64,000 nt of DNA from positions 8,668 through 72,667 of the forward strand of contig JBDQPD010000002.1 in NCBI GenBank assembly GCA_040260805.1, in the 5' to 3' direction. Made by a program: the position numbers and the translations under genes. This stretch comes from Myxococcota bacterium (GTDB taxonomy: Bacteria > Myxococcota > UBA4151). This document shows, piece after piece, positions 1 through 9,521 of the stretch. The notes below the pieces were generated by a model, which saw only the letters and a list, made by a program, of their open reading frames with translations, did no database searches and was not told the origin of the DNA. Position 1 is the stretch's first letter. Each line of letters starts with the position of its first letter.

Positions 1-79
1 CACCAGGTGCCTGGGCCCACGCCGAAACAGGCATCCCAAGCGCAGCAATAATCAGTACTGCTCGAACCATCGGATTCAT
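1..79 (-). CDS. 5' end of a secreted protein running off the left edge (partial)
   Basis: ATG at 79 preceded by GGAG; reads MNPMVRAVLIIAALGMPVSAWAQAPG, a Sec signal peptide with an AWA cleavage site; not in the ORF track. Confidence 0.6.
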   Translation of the reverse strand, partial: MNPMVRAVLIIAALGMPVSAWAQAPG

Positions 80-163
80 CGCAATCTCCAAGCCTCTCAC
101 GGTCACTCCGCGCAGGTAACAAAGCCTATTATAGCCCGTCAAACATGTATAGCGGCGATACAC

Positions 164-604
164 TCACGAGAACAGATTCTCGATTTCCTCGTCGGTAATC
201 GGAGAGCCTATTCGCTGACGCTCACCAGCACCCAAAAGACTACTCAACCGATCCACGAGGGATGCAAGCCGCCAGCGGACCACCCCAAGGCTACTTCGAG
301 CATCAAAGACAACGACCACCGAGAAACCGGGTTTTACGAGCGCGGTCAGCAGTTTCACCTCACCAGCATCGATGTGAAGACTGCGCACCTGATCCTTCCC
401 TAAAGGCCGCATCATACCCTGTGCGCTAGCCATCACACCGGCCAGCGAGGCCGCGAAGCGACTGGGGTCCACACGGAATAGATCACCGCTAATCGCTAGT
501 GATGCACCCGAGCGTTCGCAGAGTTGGACACCAACCGCATGCGACTCCCTGACAAAAGCATCCAGCGCCTCTTGGACCTGTAGTTGGGTATGTTCTAAAC
601 TCAC
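164..604 (-). CDS. mglB: Roadblock/LC7-domain protein, MglB family
   Basis: Roadblock-sized protein with 'VVVFDARSSLGVVR' and C-terminal 'ITDEEIENLFS', resembling myxobacterial MglB. Confidence 0.8.
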   Translation of the reverse strand: MSLEHTQLQVQEALDAFVRESHAVGVQLCERSGASLAISGDLFRVDPSRFAASLAGVMASAQGMMRPLGKDQVRSLHIDAGEVKLLTALVKPGFSVVVVFDARSSLGVVRWRLASLVDRLSSLLGAGERQRIGSPITDEEIENLFS

Positions 605-630
605 AGGTCCCCCGCCGACAACTCAACGCT

Positions 631-717
631 TGGTACTGGAGGTGGGACTCGAACCCACACGTTGTCTCCAACGCCGGATTTTGAATCCGGTGCGTCTACC
701 AATTCCGCCACTCCAGC
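631..717 (-). tRNA. tRNA-Leu (anticodon CAA)
   Basis: Reverse complement GCTGGAGTGGCGGAATTGGTAGACGCA-CCGGA-TTCAAAA-TCCGG-(long variable arm)-GTGGGTTCGAGTCCCAC-CTCCAGTACCA: cloverleaf, TTCGA T-loop, encoded CCA. Confidence 0.97.
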
Positions 718-749
718 ATCTGCTGTCGTCCACGCCTCCTGTGACTCAA

Positions 750-1370
750 TTATCCCCCATCTTGCAAGCGTTCGCTGCCGCCAGACCCTTGTTCTTTCAG
801 CGCCTCTTCTAGGGCCAGTTGATCCGCTTTGGCTTGGCGCTCTTCTCGCCCCCCAAAAAGCAGCACTAAAATACCTCCGCAGACAATCGCTGAATCAGCG
901 ACGTTGAAGGTCGGAAAGGTATAGCTAGGATTCACACCGCGCAGGTGCCAGTCAATAAAATCAACAACATAGCCGAGTCTCACTCGGTCGATGAGGTTCC
1001 CAAGTGCGCCGCCTAAAATCAACCCGAGGCTGATCTGCATGATGCGCGCTTTAGGGCCTAGCCGCTTAAGCCAGATCAAAACCCCAATAATGGCCCCAAT
1101 ACTGACGGTGATCAGCAAGGGCATGCGAATCCACTCAGGAATTGACTGAGTCAGGCTAAACGCAGCGGCTCGGTTCTCGGCGTAGCGAAACCAGAACCAA
1201 GAATCGACCACCTTGATAAAGCTGTCAGGCGTTCGCGCCCAACCGTACTGAAGCCATGGCTCGGCGCGGCTGAGCCGATCGAGCGCCCAGAGCTTACTCC
1301 ATTGATCCAGGACCGTAATCAGAACCAATAAGAACGCAGGGATCGCGTAAATTCGTTTGAGCTTATCCAT
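750..1370 (-). CDS. lspA: Lipoprotein signal peptidase II
   Basis: DQWSK, NRAAAFS, GGALGNLIDR, VVDFID and FNVADS motifs. Confidence 0.95.
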   Translation of the reverse strand: MDKLKRIYAIPAFLLVLITVLDQWSKLWALDRLSRAEPWLQYGWARTPDSFIKVVDSWFWFRYAENRAAAFSLTQSIPEWIRMPLLITVSIGAIIGVLIWLKRLGPKARIMQISLGLILGGALGNLIDRVRLGYVVDFIDWHLRGVNPSYTFPTFNVADSAIVCGGILVLLFGGREERQAKADQLALEEALKEQGSGGSERLQDGG

Positions 1371-4262
1371 CTAGACCTCGGCCGGGTTCGCGCCTCGGCG
1401 CCCGTGGCATTGCTTGTACTTTTTCCCCGAACCGCATGGACAAGGTGCATTGCGGCCCACTTTGGGCTGATCTCGGCGGATGGTCCCCTCTTCGGTGCCG
1501 CCTGCGACGCGACCGGTAAAGGCAGCCGCTTTGCGAGCCCTTCGGCTGTTGCGCTGCTCACCCGCCGTTGACGCCCGACGCTGCTCGTCGATCAAACGAC
1601 GCGCACGAGCCCGGCGCTCAGCCTCCTCGCGAGCGACAGCCTCTTCGTCCATCAACTCGACGCGATAGAGCTGCATCAACGCATCGCGACTGACCCGGTC
1701 AAGCATCGCAGTAAAGAGAATGAACCCTTCTCTTCGATACTCATGCCGGGGGTCTTTCTGACCATAACCTCGAAGGTAAATCCCCTCTTTGAGGTGATCC
1801 ATCTGCGTGAGGTGAGCTTTCCAGTGGTGATCAATACTGCGCAGATAAAATGTCTGTGCGAGATCGTCATAGGTGTCGACGGTAAATTCTGCCCGGCGTT
1901 TCTCGTGCTGGCGGTTCACCGCAGCGTAGATGTAGTTGCCGATTTCCATCTGGTAAGCGGGACGGTCCGGCACATCACCGCGGCGGATTGCGGCTAAACT
2001 CACCGGCACATCAAAGACCTTGAAGCACTCAGCCTCTAAGCCCTCCAGCGCCCACTCTGAAGAGGGCTGGGCCTCAGGGCAAAAGCGAGCGACAGCATCA
2101 ATGATCGTGCGCTCTGCGCTGTCTTTAATTCGAGTATCAAAATCCTGACCTGCAAGGATCTCGCGTCGGAGCGCATAGAGCGTTCCACGCTGCTGGTTCA
2201 TCACGTTGTCCATCTCAAGGACGTTCTTACGAATACCAAAGTTGTAAGCCTCGACGCGTTTTTGAGCGCCTTCGATCTGCCGGCTTACCAACCGGGAATC
2301 GATGACATCATCAGCTTTCATGCCGCCCCAACGCTCCATCATACCTTGGAGCTTCTCGCCCGCGAAACGGCGCATCAAGTCATCCTCTAGGCTGAGGAAG
2401 AACTGAGAGGATCCAGGGTCACCTTGACGGCCAGACCGACCACGAAGCTGATTGTCGATTCGACGACTCTCGTGGCGTTCAGAGCCCAGAATATGCATCC
2501 CGCCGGCAGAAAGGACGTTCTCTTTCTCGCCGGCCATTTCTGCCTCTGCCTTTTCGAGCTCCGCTGCGTATTCCTTGACCAGTCCTGCGACAAAGTCGGC
2601 GGCTTGCTGGTGCAGCGCAGAGTCTTTAGATTCGGGATAATCCTCCTCGGCCACGGCCTTCGGATCAATCAATTCAGGTCGACCGCTCATCCACTTAAAG
2701 GTCTCACCTGAAGCGTCTTGGTTTCGGGCATGGATCACGCGCTCACGCGCCAGAAACTCAGGGTTTCCGCCGAGCAAAATATCGGTACCACGACCGGCCA
2801 TGTTGGTAGCGATCGTTACGGCGCCTAAGCGCCCTGCCTGAGCCACGATCTGGCTCTCCTTCGAGTGCTGCTTGGCGTTGAGGACGGTATGCTCGACTTT
2901 GCGCCGAGCCAAAAATCGACTGAGCACTTCTGAGCGCTCAACCGAAGCCGTACCGACGAGCACCGGCTGACCTTTCGTCTGGCGTCGCTCGATATCATCA
3001 CAGATCGCTTCGAATTTTGCGCGCTCAGACAGAAAGATCAGATCAGGCTCGTCCAAACGAGCGATCGGCTTGTTGGTCGGAACGACCACCACATCCATCC
3101 CGTAGACGCTCATGAACTCTTCGCGCTCGGTTTCAGCCGTGCCGGTCATACCCGAGAGCTTTTCGTACATGCGGAAATAGTTCTGGAAGGTGATCGTCGC
3201 GAGGGTGTGGTTTTCGCGCTGAATACGAACACCCTCTTTCGCCTCGACGGCCTGATGCAAACCATCACTCCAGCGGCGACCGTCCATCAAACGACCCGTA
3301 AACTCATCAACGATCACCACTTCGCCGCCCGTAACGACATAGTCGACATCGCGGCGGTAGACAGCGTGAGCACGAAGAGCCTGGTTGAGATGATGGACCA
3401 TCTCAATATGCTCCATGTCGTACAGATTATTCAGACCTAAAACGCCCTCAACCTGATGCACGCCTGCCTCAGTGAGTGTCACCGAGCGGCTGCGCTCTTC
3501 AACCACGTATTCAACGTCGCGACGCAGTTTCGGGATCAGCCGATCAGCCTTGTGGTAAATCTCTTCGCTGAGTTCAGCGGGACCCGAGATGATCAAGGGC
3601 GTACGCGCCTCGTCAATCAAGATGGAATCGACCTCATCGACGATACCGTAAGCCAGCGGCCTTTGAACCATCTCGTCGTGAGCAAACTTCATGTTGTCAC
3701 GCAGGTAGTCAAAACCGAACTCGTTGTTGGTTCCGTACGTGATGTCTGCGGCGTAGGCATCACGGCGAGTCTCATCGCTAATATCCGCCGTGATAATCCC
3801 GGTCGTTAAGCCGAGCCAGCCGTACAACTTGCCCATCCACTCGGCATCGCGTCGAGCGAGGTAATCATTGACCGTCACCAAGTGCGCGCCGCGCCCAGCC
3901 AGCGCGTTGAGGTAGACCGGCAACGTGGCGACTAAGGTCTTACCTTCACCCGTGCGCATCTCCGCAATTTTGCCTTCATGCAGAACCATACCGCCAGCGA
4001 GTTGGACGTCATAGTGCCGCATATCAAGAACACGCTTACCCGCCTCGCGCACCACGGCAAAGGCAGGGGCAAGCAACGAATCAACCGACGCTCCGTTTGC
4101 GATCTTCTCTTTAAAGACCGCCGTTTGCGCGCGCAGATCGTCATCGCTCAACGCCGCAAACTGCGCTTCGAGTTGATTGATCCGGCTAACCGCCGGTCGA
4201 AGGCCTTTGATCACGCGATCAGAGCGCGTCCCAAAGACCTTTTCTACATATGCCTTCACCAT
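1371..4262 (-). CDS. secA: Preprotein translocase ATPase SecA
   Basis: [37 protein letters not shown] and C-terminal SEC-C motif [13 protein letters not shown]; start moved to ATG 4262 after a GAGGGG RBS. Confidence 0.98.
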   Translation of the reverse strand: MVKAYVEKVFGTRSDRVIKGLRPAVSRINQLEAQFAALSDDDLRAQTAVFKEKIANGASVDSLLAPAFAVVREAGKRVLDMRHYDVQLAGGMVLHEGKIAEMRTGEGKTLVATLPVYLNALAGRGAHLVTVNDYLARRDAEWMGKLYGWLGLTTGIITADISDETRRDAYAADITYGTNNEFGFDYLRDNMKFAHDEMVQRPLAYGIVDEVDSILIDEARTPLIISGPAELSEEIYHKADRLIPKLRRDVEYVVEERSRSVTLTEAGVHQVEGVLGLNNLYDMEHIEMVHHLNQALRAHAVYRRDVDYVVTGGEVVIVDEFTGRLMDGRRWSDGLHQAVEAKEGVRIQRENHTLATITFQNYFRMYEKLSGMTGTAETEREEFMSVYGMDVVVVPTNKPIARLDEPDLIFLSERAKFEAICDDIERRQTKGQPVLVGTASVERSEVLSRFLARRKVEHTVLNAKQHSKESQIVAQAGRLGAVTIATNMAGRGTDILLGGNPEFLARERVIHARNQDASGETFKWMSGRPELIDPKAVAEEDYPESKDSALHQQAADFVAGLVKEYAAELEKAEAEMAGEKENVLSAGGMHILGSERHESRRIDNQLRGRSGRQGDPGSSQFFLSLEDDLMRRFAGEKLQGMMERWGGMKADDVIDSRLVSRQIEGAQKRVEAYNFGIRKNVLEMDNVMNQQRGTLYALRREILAGQDFDTRIKDSAERTIIDAVARFCPEAQPSSEWALEGLEAECFKVFDVPVSLAAIRRGDVPDRPAYQMEIGNYIYAAVNRQHEKRRAEFTVDTYDDLAQTFYLRSIDHHWKAHLTQMDHLKEGIYLRGYGQKDPRHEYRREGFILFTAMLDRVSRDALMQLYRVELMDEEAVAREEAERRARARRLIDEQRRASTAGEQRNSRRARKAAAFTGRVAGGTEEGTIRRDQPKVGRNAPCPCGSGKKYKQCHGRRGANPAEV

Positions 4263-4319
4263 CGAAAACCCCTCGCCCGAACGACCCGGACGCTCCGAAA
4301 GCATGGCTAGCGCCAAACT

Positions 4320-5243
4320 TCAATCGAGGATGAAGTACTCTGGGTCTGCAGCGACACCATCGACCAACACCTCATAGTGTAGGTGGGGACCCGTCGACCG
4401 ACCTGACATTCCAACGCTGCCGATGCGGTCCCCACGGCGCACTGTATCTCCAGCGCGTACCGCAGCATCCGCGAGATGTGCATACTTCGTCATCATGCCA
4501 AAGCCGTGGTCAACCATCACCACCAGCCCATAACCTTTTTGTTCTTCAACTTTGACCACCGACCCATCAGCGGGGCTGATAATCGGTGTACCAATCGAGG
4601 CCGCAAAATCAATTCCACGATGCATCGCATTTCGCCCGGTCATCGGGTCGCGACGCTCGCCAAAGCGGCTCGTTAGCCAGCCTTTGGTCGGCCGCACGGC
4701 AGGCGTTGCGGCTAGCCGCGCCTGCATCGCCTCGAAGTGGCGAGCCAAGGATTCCAGCTGTTCAACTTGATGGTTCGCTTCTTCAAGCAAGCCATCCATT
4801 CGCTCGGCCATCAGGTGCTCTCGCGCCTGCTTGAGTAGTGGATGCTCCCGGTCGCCCCAGGGTGACTCTTGACCCGCTTCTGGGTCATCAACTGGACCGA
4901 TCGCCAAGCGTCGAGATGGGTCCGAAAGTTGCGCCAGCTCGCGCAGTCTTTCTTCGAGCGCATCCACCTGCTCGAGGCGCTGAGCCAGTGCGGCCATTTT
5001 CTCCTGGGTCTTTTCGACTTGGGCTCGCAACGCGACGCTACGGTCCTCGCCTTGGCTCACCTGACGCCCCTGCCACCAGCCACGAAAGCCAGCCACGCTG
5101 ACCAAGACCAAGCCCAAGCCCAAAACGACAGAGCCTAGGACCGCAGCCCGAATCCAGCGGCGCTGCACGACAAAGTACCGCGCCTTACCGCTTCGTTCCG
5201 GCGTCACAGCAATCGTGAAGTGCTCGTTACGGCGGTTCTTCAG
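4320..5243 (-). CDS. M23 family metallopeptidase (TM anchor, coiled coil, M23 domain)
   Basis: HRGIDF, YAHL and STGPHLHYEV motifs; probable CTG start at 5243 after AAGGAGG (ORF track start is 5207). Confidence 0.9.
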   Translation of the reverse strand: MKNRRNEHFTIAVTPERSGKARYFVVQRRWIRAAVLGSVVLGLGLVLVSVAGFRGWWQGRQVSQGEDRSVALRAQVEKTQEKMAALAQRLEQVDALEERLRELAQLSDPSRRLAIGPVDDPEAGQESPWGDREHPLLKQAREHLMAERMDGLLEEANHQVEQLESLARHFEAMQARLAATPAVRPTKGWLTSRFGERRDPMTGRNAMHRGIDFAASIGTPIISPADGSVVKVEEQKGYGLVVMVDHGFGMMTKYAHLADAAVRAGDTVRRGDRIGSVGMSGRSTGPHLHYEVLVDGVAADPEYFILD

Positions 5244-5372
5244 GGCAGCCTCCTTGGCCGATGCGTTGAGCTAGGGTTTCGCAGTCGGCGCGCTCAAAGC
5301 GGCCGCTGGTCTTTCCTACCCCTTAGTCTAATCACATTTCACAACGGATCAAGAAGCAGTTCGGTGACCGCT

Positions 5373-6161
5373 TTATTCCACTTCGGCTGAAGTCGCCGAT
5401 TCGTCGTCGATGTAAACGCACAACGCCGTGATGTTGTCCTCGCCACCGTGTGCGCAGGCGAGCTCGATCAGCAGCTTAGGACACTGTGCTGCAAAATGCC
5501 CACGCAGGACATCAGCGATCTCTTCGTCCGTCACCATCCCGTTGAGACCATCACTGCAAAGCAGCAGCAAGTCGCCGCGCTCGAGCGCCACGTAGTACAG
5601 ATCAACCTCAACCTCAGCGTCGACGCCGATCGATCGGGTGATGATGTTGCGGTATTGACTGACTCGGGCCTGCGCCTCGGTCATGAGACCCAACCGCACC
5701 TGCTCAGCGACCAAACTATGGTCCATCGTGACTTGGTAGAGTTGGTCCTGCCGCAAAAGGTAAGCGCGAGAATCTCCCACATGCCCGATAAAGGCTTGGT
5801 TTCCTAGGATCAGCACCGACGTTACCGTGGTGCCCATCCCTTGAAATTCCGGGTTATCTGCGCTGGTCTGAAACACCGTCGAATTAGCTTCTTGCATCGC
5901 CTGTCGCAAGGCGTTGACCGCCGGCGAGTTCTCACTTGGTTCGCCCGAGTGATCACCCTGCGTCATCAGGGCGTCGCGCTGCTCGATCATTCGCTCGCGA
6001 ACGATCTCCACAGACATCGACGATGCTTTCTCGCCTGCTCGGTGGCCACCCATACCGTCAGCAACAATAAACAGACCCAGGTCATTATCGACCAGGAAAC
6101 TGTCTTCATTGCCTTCACGCACCAGCCCAATGTCGGTGGCTGCTGAGACGGTTAGCTCCAC
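5373..6161 (-). CDS. PP2C-type Ser/Thr protein phosphatase (Stp1/IreP family)
   Basis: NEDS, VADGMGGH, MGTT, HVGDSRAY, LCSDGL and GGEDNIT motifs. Confidence 0.95.
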   Translation of the reverse strand: MELTVSAATDIGLVREGNEDSFLVDNDLGLFIVADGMGGHRAGEKASSMSVEIVRERMIEQRDALMTQGDHSGEPSENSPAVNALRQAMQEANSTVFQTSADNPEFQGMGTTVTSVLILGNQAFIGHVGDSRAYLLRQDQLYQVTMDHSLVAEQVRLGLMTEAQARVSQYRNIITRSIGVDAEVEVDLYYVALERGDLLLLCSDGLNGMVTDEEIADVLRGHFAAQCPKLLIELACAHGGEDNITALCVYIDDESATSAEVE

Positions 6162-6304
6162 GCAGTTCTCCTAGCAGGGCGCGCCGGTTGCCATGGCGCC
6201 CATTGGCGAACAAGGAAATTGTTCTGGTAAGCTGCGTTTACCCGGTTGTTCGATGGCGCCCTCTTTTGTAGCGTTGCGGGGGCAATCCGTTCCCGGGGAC
6301 TATC

Positions 6305-7063
6305 TTGGACTTTGCAACACTAGTCGGTCTGATCGCTGGTATCGGCTTAGTTACCAGCGCTATCGTCACTGGCGGCAATGCCATTATCTTCGTTAACCCA
6401 CCCTCGTTGATGATCGTGGTGGGTGGAACGATTTCGGTCATTTTGATGAAATTCCCCGCCGGCGAGGTGTTTAATTCGCTCCGGGTCATGAAAAATGCAT
6501 TCTTTTTCCAAGCGCCCTCCGCCGTTGCAATCATCAATCAGATTATTGAAATGGCCATGCTGGCTCGAAAAGAAGGCGTGCTCGCTCTTGAAAGCGTTGA
6601 GCCCGAAGATGAATTCTTACGCTCAGGTATCCAGCGCGTCGTCGACGGCGTCGACACAGGTCACATCAAAAGAGCGATGAACCAAGAGCTCGACCAGATG
6701 GTGGCTCGTCATGACGTCGGCATTTCGGTCTTTAAAATGGGCGGAGATATCGCCCCAGCCTTCGGCATGATCGGAACCCTGATCGGGCTGGTGAAGATGC
6801 TGTCCTCGATGGAAGATCCGTCAGCGATTGGTCCGGCGATGGCGATCGCTTTGCTGACCACCCTCTATGGCGCTCTGATGGCTAATGTCTTCTTCTTACC
6901 GATCGCCGACAAACTGGCTTTTCGGTCAGAACAAGAGCTCTTCGCTCGAAAATTGATGGTCGATGGCATTCTGGCGATCGGCCGGGGAGAGACCAACCCC
7001 AATCAGCTCAAAACGATGCTCGGCGCCAACCTTGCGCCCAAGGAACGCGAGCAACTGGAGTAG
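6305..7063 (+). CDS. motA: Stator A subunit, MotA/PomA family
   Basis: Four-TM layout; ARKEGVLALE; APAFGMIGTLIGLV; GPAMAIALLTTLYG. Confidence 0.92.
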   Translation: MDFATLVGLIAGIGLVTSAIVTGGNAIIFVNPPSLMIVVGGTISVILMKFPAGEVFNSLRVMKNAFFFQAPSAVAIINQIIEMAMLARKEGVLALESVEPEDEFLRSGIQRVVDGVDTGHIKRAMNQELDQMVARHDVGISVFKMGGDIAPAFGMIGTLIGLVKMLSSMEDPSAIGPAMAIALLTTLYGALMANVFFLPIADKLAFRSEQELFARKLMVDGILAIGRGETNPNQLKTMLGANLAPKEREQLE

Positions 7064-7069
7064 GCGCTG

Positions 7070-7954
7070 ATGGAAGAGGAGCTCCCACCAGTCCTTGAGG
7101 ACAGCGAACTCTTCGCTAGTGCTCATGAGACCATCGCAGCTGCGATCGCCGAGCTCGATGATGAGCCGGCTGTCAGTGCCATTCCTGACGATGAATTCGA
7201 CGACGAAGAAGAAAAGATACGCTACAAAAAAGTGTTCATCGGCGCGCCTATGTGGGTGGTGACCTTTGGCGACTTGATGAGTTTGCTGCTGACCTTCTTT
7301 GTGCTGATTCTAAGCTTCTCGACGATGGACCCGGTCAAGTTTAAGATCGTCCGAGGGTCACTAGACACGGCGTTAGGCATTCAAAAGAAGGTGACGGCGA
7401 CCAGCGTCCCGCGCGCCGACAACATGATGGCGACCGAATTTAACCGACGCGACTTCAACAAACAGATTGAGAGCGTGCTCAAGAAGGCGCTGCGCGACAC
7501 CTTCCCTCCAGGGCAAGAGCCCGGTCGTGTCGAGAAGGTGATCGATATTCGCGGTGAGGTCGTTCGCTTCATCGCATACGACCTCTTTTTACCGGGCAGC
7601 GAAGCGGACGCCCCTAAAGCCAAAACGGTCTATCAGGTGATGGCCGACACCTTGGTCCAGATGGAGGCTCGAATGGAGGTTCGCGGGATCGCCCTCGAGC
7701 GCTTCTCGCGCGACCTTAGGCAACGCGGTCAAGCACGCGAAGATGGGGTCGTACCCGTTCGAGTCGCGGCTCGACGTGCGGTGATCGCTAGTCAAAAAGT
7801 CCAAAGCCGGCGGAAGCGCGAGATCAGCAGCCGAACGGTCCTACCTGCAGTCACTCCAGGTGTCGCTACACCCGAGCCTCCAGGCGTCGTGAACATGACC
7901 GAATTCGTGTTTCTAGCGCCTGATCGGGTGAGCGCTAAAGCGGGTAATCCATGA
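7070..7954 (+). CDS. MotB-like stator B subunit with acidic N-terminal extension and degenerate OmpA-like domain
   Basis: WVVTFGDLMSLLLTFFVLILSFS TM segment with the conserved Asp; the C-terminal domain has no GHTD/NRR motifs. Confidence 0.8.
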   Translation: MEEELPPVLEDSELFASAHETIAAAIAELDDEPAVSAIPDDEFDDEEEKIRYKKVFIGAPMWVVTFGDLMSLLLTFFVLILSFSTMDPVKFKIVRGSLDTALGIQKKVTATSVPRADNMMATEFNRRDFNKQIESVLKKALRDTFPPGQEPGRVEKVIDIRGEVVRFIAYDLFLPGSEADAPKAKTVYQVMADTLVQMEARMEVRGIALERFSRDLRQRGQAREDGVVPVRVAARRAVIASQKVQSRRKREISSRTVLPAVTPGVATPEPPGVVNMTEFVFLAPDRVSAKAGNP

Positions 7955-8736
7955 CCAAAGTTGTACTTAAAGTCACTCGAGGAGCGCCCGCTTGGGTGGT
8001 GACCTTTGGCGATCTGATGAGCCTCCTGCTCACCTTCTTCGTGCTCTTACTGAGTTTCTCGCGTGTCTCGGTCTCGCAACGCTACCAAGAGGTCAACGGC
8101 ACCTTGAAAAACGCCTTTGGCTTGGCTCAAACTAAAAATGTATCGCCACCATCAGCGATGGACCTCATCAAGATCACCGATGACTTTACGATGACCGCAA
8201 CCAAGATTGAAGAAGAGCTCCGTAAAGAGGTCGTGCCGCGCTATCCGCTCGACGAAAAGGAGATCGAAAAGCCTGAGGTTATCCGAAGAAAAGACCGGGT
8301 AATTCTGCGCTTCAACGGCGAGGCGATGTTTCCATCTGGAAAGCAAGAGATCGACCCGAGGTTTCATGCGTTTTTGGATGGGGTTGCGACCAAAGCGGTG
8401 GCGAACCGAGTGAACACGATCATCGAAGCGCACACGGACAACGTCTCTTTTAGGACGCGGCTGTTTTCATCAAACAGTGACCTGAGCATGGCTCGAGCGG
8501 CACAGGTTGCTGCCTACATCACGAGCGTTCAGCGTTTGCTGCCCTCTCGAGTTTTAGCCGTCGGAAAAGGACCTTATGAACCGTTGCATCGCAACAACAC
8601 GCGGGAGCGCCGGGCGATGAACCGGCGCATCGAAATTCAGTTCGTCGAAAATATGGCTGAAAAAGGTAGCCTTCGACTCGGAACTGATAAAGGCGTGCGC
8701 TTTGAAATCGGCGGTAAGAACAAAAAAGTCCCATGA
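7951..8736 (+). CDS. motB: Stator B subunit, MotB/PomB family with OmpA-like peptidoglycan-binding domain
   Basis: WVVTFGDLMSLLLTFFVLLLSFS; EAHTDN, LSMARA and NRRIEI motifs. Confidence 0.9.
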   Translation: MTKVVLKVTRGAPAWVVTFGDLMSLLLTFFVLLLSFSRVSVSQRYQEVNGTLKNAFGLAQTKNVSPPSAMDLIKITDDFTMTATKIEEELRKEVVPRYPLDEKEIEKPEVIRRKDRVILRFNGEAMFPSGKQEIDPRFHAFLDGVATKAVANRVNTIIEAHTDNVSFRTRLFSSNSDLSMARAAQVAAYITSVQRLLPSRVLAVGKGPYEPLHRNNTRERRAMNRRIEIQFVENMAEKGSLRLGTDKGVRFEIGGKNKKVP

Positions 8737-9521
8737 TCTGGTTACTCAATCGAACCCATAGTGATGCGGCTCACCAGGCTGCTCAGGATCTGCATCAGTT
8801 CGCTCTTGGTGAGGGTATTGAGTGTCGTATTTTAGAGCAAAGCAGCAACCCCAGCGCCGAGGACATGATGATCGTCCTCGGCGGCGATGGCACGTTGATT
8901 CAGGCTGCCAGGCGGTTCGCACATCTGGGCTTGAGGATGGTTGCGATCAACTTAGGCCGCCTCGGCTACATCACCAGCTTTAGTGCGGATCAAGCTCGCT
9001 TTGCGCTCACTGCAGCGGCATCGGGAGCGCTGGTCGAGGATGTACGTCTGAGGCTGTCGGTTCGATGGGCAGACCAAGAAGCCGTCGCTCTAAACGAAGC
9101 CTTGATCACCTCAGGTCAGCCAGGACGTATCTGCTCACTAGCGCTTGCGATCGACGGCCAACCCGCCACCGCTTTGCGTGGCGACGGAGCTCTTGTGGCG
9201 ACGCCGACCGGCAGCACCGCCTACGCCTTGAGCGCTGGTGGTCCTGTTTTACTGCCCGGGCTCCAGGCCTTAGTGGTGGTGCCCGTGGCGCCGCACTCGA
9301 TTCGTTTTAGACCGCTCGTATTGCCGCCACAGCGAGTCCTGTCGATGCGTCCCGAAGAAGACGCATGGCTGGTGCTCGACGGCCAAGAGCGACTTCGGAT
9401 TGAAGCCGGAACTGAAGTCACGCTCGATGGCACCGCGCCGGCTTTGCGCTTGCTCAAAGAGCCGTCCCATGAACACCTCGTGACGCTGCGCGACAAACTG
9501 CACTGGGGTGAATGGTCATGA
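8733..9521 (+). CDS. nadK: NAD(+) kinase
   Basis: GGDGT, NLGRLGY, LNE and TPTGSTAYALSAGGP motifs; directly upstream of recN, a common arrangement. Confidence 0.92.
   Translation: MIWLLNRTHSDAAHQAAQDLHQFALGEGIECRILEQSSNPSAEDMMIVLGGDGTLIQAARRFAHLGLRMVAINLGRLGYITSFSADQARFALTAAASGALVEDVRLRLSVRWADQEAVALNEALITSGQPGRICSLALAIDGQPATALRGDGALVATPTGSTAYALSAGGPVLLPGLQALVVVPVAPHSIRFRPLVLPPQRVLSMRPEEDAWLVLDGQERLRIEAGTEVTLDGTAPALRLLKEPSHEHLVTLRDKLHWGEWS

Noticed and set aside
128..142. TTGACG and TATAAT on the minus strand upstream of the partial gene at the left edge
   Set aside because: They are only 3 nt apart, so they do not form a canonical sigma-70 promoter pair; the -10 alone is insufficient support.
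605..750. tRNA-Leu as an integration site for a genomic island
   Set aside because: No integrase and no duplicated tRNA 3' end were seen in the window, and the flanking genes look chromosomal.
630..907. ORF-track ORFs 630..812 and 662..907 on the + strand
   Set aside because: They are antisense to tRNA-Leu and lspA; 'EVGLEPT...NPVRLPIPP' is a typical translation of a tRNA reverse complement.
6305..8736. Zorya (ZorAB), ExbBD/TolQR or AglRQS interpretation of the motA-motB-motB genes
   Set aside because: MotA is 252 aa with flagellar-type motifs and no long ZorA tail, no zorC/D/E genes are adjacent, and the B subunits have MotB-type rather than ExbD-type TM motifs.
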